A stretch of 64,000 nt of DNA, from the NCBI GenBank assembly GCA_030390025.1, contig CM059438.1, forward strand, positions 54,126,001-54,190,000, read 5' to 3'. Positions 59,996-64,000 of the stretch are shown piece after piece; the stretch's first letter is position 1; each line of letters starts with the position of its first letter. A program made the translations under genes and the position numbers. Origin of the DNA: Squalus acanthias (lineage: Eukaryota). The notes below the pieces were generated by a model. It was given only the letters and a program-made list of their open reading frames with translations. It was not told where the DNA came from and did no database searches.

Positions 59996-62439
59996 TATAT
60001 CCCTCCTTAAATAAGGAGACCAAAACTGTACGCAGTACTCTAGGTGTGGTCTCACCAACGCCCTGTACAGTTGTAGCAAGACTTCCCTACTTTTATACTC
60101 CGTCCCCCTTGCAATAAAGACCAACATTCCATTTGCCTTCCTATTTACTTGCTGTACCTGCATGCTAACTTTGAGTTTCATGTACGAGGACACTCAGATC
60201 CCTCTGTACTGCAGCATTCTGTAGTTTCTCCACATTTAAATAATATTTTGCTTTTCTATTCTTCCTACCAAAGTGGATAACCTCACATTTTCCCACATTA
60301 TGCTCTTATCTGCCAAATTTTCGCCCACTCACTTAACCTATCTATATCCCTTTGCAGACCCTTTGTGTCTTCCTCACAACTTGCTTTCCCACCTATCTTT
60401 GTATCATCAGCAAATTTGGCTACATTACACTCGGTCCCTTCATCCAAGTCATTAATATAGATTGTAAGTAGTTGAGGCCCCAGCACTGATCCCTGTGGTA
60501 CCCCACTAGTTAGAGTTTGCCAACCTGAAAATGATCCATTTATCCCGACTCTCTGTTTCCTGTTAGTTAGCCAATCCTCTATCCATGCTAATATGTTGCC
60601 CCCAACACCATGAGCTCTTATCTTGTGCAGTAATCTTTTATGTGGCACCTTATCGAATGCCTTTTGGAAATCCAAATACACATCTACTGGTTCCCCTTTA
60701 TCCATCCTGCTCATTACATCCTCAAAGAACTCTTAATAAATTTGTCAAACACGATTTCCCTTTCATACAATCAAGCAGAGTCAACATGGTTTTATTATGA
60801 TTTTCTAAATGCCCTGCTACTATTTCCTTAATAATGGATTCCAGCATTTTCCCAATGACAGATGTTAGGCTGACTGGCCTATAGTTTCCTGCTTTCTGTC
60901 TCCCTCCTTTCTTGAACATGGGCATTACATTTGCGGTTTTCCAATCCGCTGGGACCTTTCCAGAGTCATGGGAATTTTGGAAGATTACAACCAACGCATC
61001 CACTATCTCTGCAGCCACTTTTAAGACCCTAGAATGCAGGGGACTTGTCAACCTTTCGTCCTGTTAGTTTGCCTAGTTCTTTTTCTCTGTGACAGTGATT
61101 GTTTTAAGTTCCTCCCTCCCTTTTGCCCCTTGATTTTCCACTATTAATGGGACGCTTTTAGTGTCTTCTACCGTGAAGACAGATACAAAATATTTGTTCA
61201 AAGTCTCTGCCATTTCCTTGTTTCCCATTATTAATTCCCCAGTCTCATCCTCTAAGGGACCAACGTTTACTTTAGCTACTGTCTTCCTTTTTATATACTT
61301 GTAGAAGCTCTTATTGTCTATTTTTATACTACTTGCTAGTTTGCTCTCATAATCTATTTTCTCCCTCTTTATTATTTTTAAGTCATCCTTTGTAAGTTTC
61401 AAAACATTTCCCAATCTTCTGGCCTACCGTTAATCTTTGGAACATTGTATGCCTTTTCTTTCAATTTGATACCCTCCTTAACTTCTTTAGTGAGCCACGG
61501 ATGGTTCATCCTTCTCGTAGAGTCTTTCTTTCTCACTGGAATATATCTTTGTTGAGAGTTATGAAGTATCTCCTTAAAAGTCTGCTGCTGCTTATCTACT
61601 GTCTTACCTTTTAATCTAATTTCCCAGTCCACTTTAGCAAACTCTGTTTTCATACCCTTGTAATTGCCTTTATTTAAGTTTAAGACACTAGTTTCAGACC
61701 CAAGTTTCTCACCCTCAAACTGAATGTGAAATTCTATCATGTTATGATCACTCTTCCCTAGAGGATCCTTTACTATCTTATCTCCACCCAAACTGATTCT
61801 ACACCTTGATCTTCCGAGCCAGGATCATTTCTCACTACTGCACTGATCGCATCCTTTATTAACAGAGCTATCACACCTCCTCCTTTTCCTTTCTGCCTAT
61901 CCTTCCAAAATGCCAAATACCCCAGAATATTTAGTTCCCAGCCTTGGTCACCTTGCAGCTACGTCTCTGTAATGCCTATCAGATCATACCCATTTATTTC
62001 TATCTGTGCCGTCAATTCATCAATCTTGTTACGAATGCTGCGTGCATTCAGATAAAGAGCCTTTAATTTTGTCTCTCTTCTGTTTTCTGTACATTCCAGT
62101 CGGCTGTCTTTGTTATTATGATAGAACTGAGTATTATACCATGCGACAGCTGGAGTGTGACGGACAGGAAATCCACCCGTGACTGAAGTCAGCAGTGTTA
62201 TCCTTCAAGCTCTGTTGTCAGTCTCATCCACAGGAACTCTCCGCTTTGCTCCTTAGCTCATTTTTAAAACCCAGCTCTTCAGCTGTGCATTCATTCCTGC
62301 CCCCTCCTTCTCGCCAATTGGAGTACCCTGGGACTTTTGCTTTGTTGAAGGGCACTGTATAAATGTGAGTTGTATATAAATAGGGAATTAGCTGCAAATC
62401 CTCTTTTGGGGGTGCGAGGCTGAAGACTTGCAGGCTGGG

Positions 62440-64000
62440 AACATAGGAACAGGAGTAGGCCATTCAGCTCCTCGAGCCTGTTCTGCAAGTCAATGAGATC
62501 ATGGCTGATTTGCGACCTAGCTCCATGTACCCACCTTTGGCCCATATCCCTTAATACCTTTGGTTAACAAAAAGCTATCAATCTCAGATTTAAAATTAAC
62601 AATTGATCTAGCATCAATTGCTGTTTGTGGAAGAGAGTTCCAAACTTCTGCCATCTTTTGTGTAGAAGCTTTCACTCCTGAAAGGTCTGGCTCTAGTTTT
62701 TAGACTATGCCCACTAGTCCCAGAATCCCCAACCAGCGGAAAGAGTTTCTCTCTATCGACCCTATCTGTGTCCCTTAATATCTTGAAAACTTCGATCAGA
62801 TCACCCCTTCTAAATTCCAGGGAATATAACCCTAATTGTGTGCCTCCCTCCAAGGCCAATATATCCTTCCTACAGTGTGGTGCCCAGAACTGCTCTCAGT
62901 ACTCCAGGTGTGGTCTAACCAGGGTTTTGTATAGCTGCAGCATAACTTCTACCCCCTTATATTCTAGTCCTCTAGGAATATAAAGGCCAGCATTCCATTA
63001 GCCTTTTTGATTATTTTCTGTACGTGTTCGTGACATTTTAATGATCTACGTACCTGGACTCCCACGTCTCTTTGGACCACCATTGTTTTTTGTTTTTCAC
63101 CATTTAGAAAGTACCCTGTTCTATCCTTTTTAGGTCCAAAGTGGATGACCTCACATTTGCTTACGTTGAAATCATTTACTTAAGTCTATCAATATCTTTT
63201 TGTAATTTTATGCTTTCATCTAAATTGCCTACAATGTCGACGATCTGTGTCATCGGCAAATTTGGATATATGACTTTCCATGCCATCATCTAAGTAGTTA
63301 ATAAATACGGTGAATATTTGAGGCCCCAACACAGATCCCTTTGGGACACCACTAGTCACATCCTGCCAATTAGAGTACCTACCCATTATTCCTACTCTCT
63401 GTCTCCTGCCGCTCAGCCAATTCCCATACCAGGTCAATAATTTGCACTCAATTCCGTGGGCTTCCACCTTAGTTAACAGTCTCTTATGTGGGACTTTATC
63501 AAATGCCTTCTGGAAGTCCATATAAATAACAACTATAGACATTCCCCTGTCAACTACTTTAGCCGCCTCTTCAAAAAATTCAATCAGGTTTGTCAGGCAT
63601 AACCTACCTTTCACTGATGCATGCTGGCTCTCTCTGATCAACAAAAATTTTGCGAGGTGTTCAGTCACCCTATCGTTAATTATAGACTCTAGCAATTTCC
63701 CGACAACAGATGTTAGGCTAACTGCTCTATAATTCCCCGGTTTCCCTCTTGCCATTTTTAAATAGCGGAGTGACATGCGCAGTTTTCCAATCTAAAGGAA
63801 CGGTTCCTGAATCTAGAGAACTTTGGAAGATCTGCAATGTGCTCACCTACTTCCTTTAAAACCCTGGGATGGAAACCATCTGATCCTGGGGATTTGTTGC
63901 TCTTTAGTGCCATTATTTTCTTCATTGCTGTTATTTTACTTGTGTTATTTTGTTGAATCCCTGTCTCTGATTCAATATTAGTTTCCTTGGGAATTCCGGC
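62440..64000 (-). mobile_element. CR1 LINE ORF2 to 3' end
   Basis: 186-aa ORF GNYRAVSLTS...[13 protein letters not shown]...SKFADDT. Confidence 0.9.

Larger units (their letters stand above)
58460..62075 (-). mobile_element. Long CR1 LINE ORF2 remnant containing a nested DNA transposon
   Basis: [41 protein letters not shown] across frameshifts. Confidence 0.9.

Noticed and set aside
62151-62161. tggagtgtgac matches the first 11 nt of miR-122
   Set aside because: Match stops after 11 nt and lies on the 3' arm, whereas miR-122 is a 5p product.
58460-64000. Potentially active CR1 reverse transcriptase
   Set aside because: All copies are truncated, with frameshifts and stops.

Overview
Vertebrate genomic DNA, most likely a shark or other elasmobranch (HE1/V-SINE, DeuSINE-like SINEs, abundant CR1/L2 LINEs). 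It holds 20 coding exons of DNA2 nuclease-helicase on the + strand (1237-49590; 3061 nt splicing in one frame to a TGA; the first exon lies upstream of the window). The last DNA2 intron is a U12-type AT-AC intron filled by a ~4.25 kb G-run minisatellite. Downstream are the CpG-island promoter and first three coding exons of an hnRNP H/F-family gene, probably HNRNPH3 (ATG 55076). About a fifth of the window is unrelated minisatellite arrays; much of the rest is decayed CR1/L2/Penelope/DIRS fragments, SINEs and MITEs. I found no prokaryote-type novel system. Best leads: the G-run array in the minor intron, a duplicated ~150-nt structured element (possible H/ACA RNA or masked poison exon) in the hnRNP H intron, a promoter made of tandem TGAGTGACAG/CCAAT/GC-box units, and a TSD-flanked perfect 92-bp palindrome carrying a Penelope hammerhead core. 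Exon coordinates were read by hand; TE boundaries are approximate; human comparisons are from memory.
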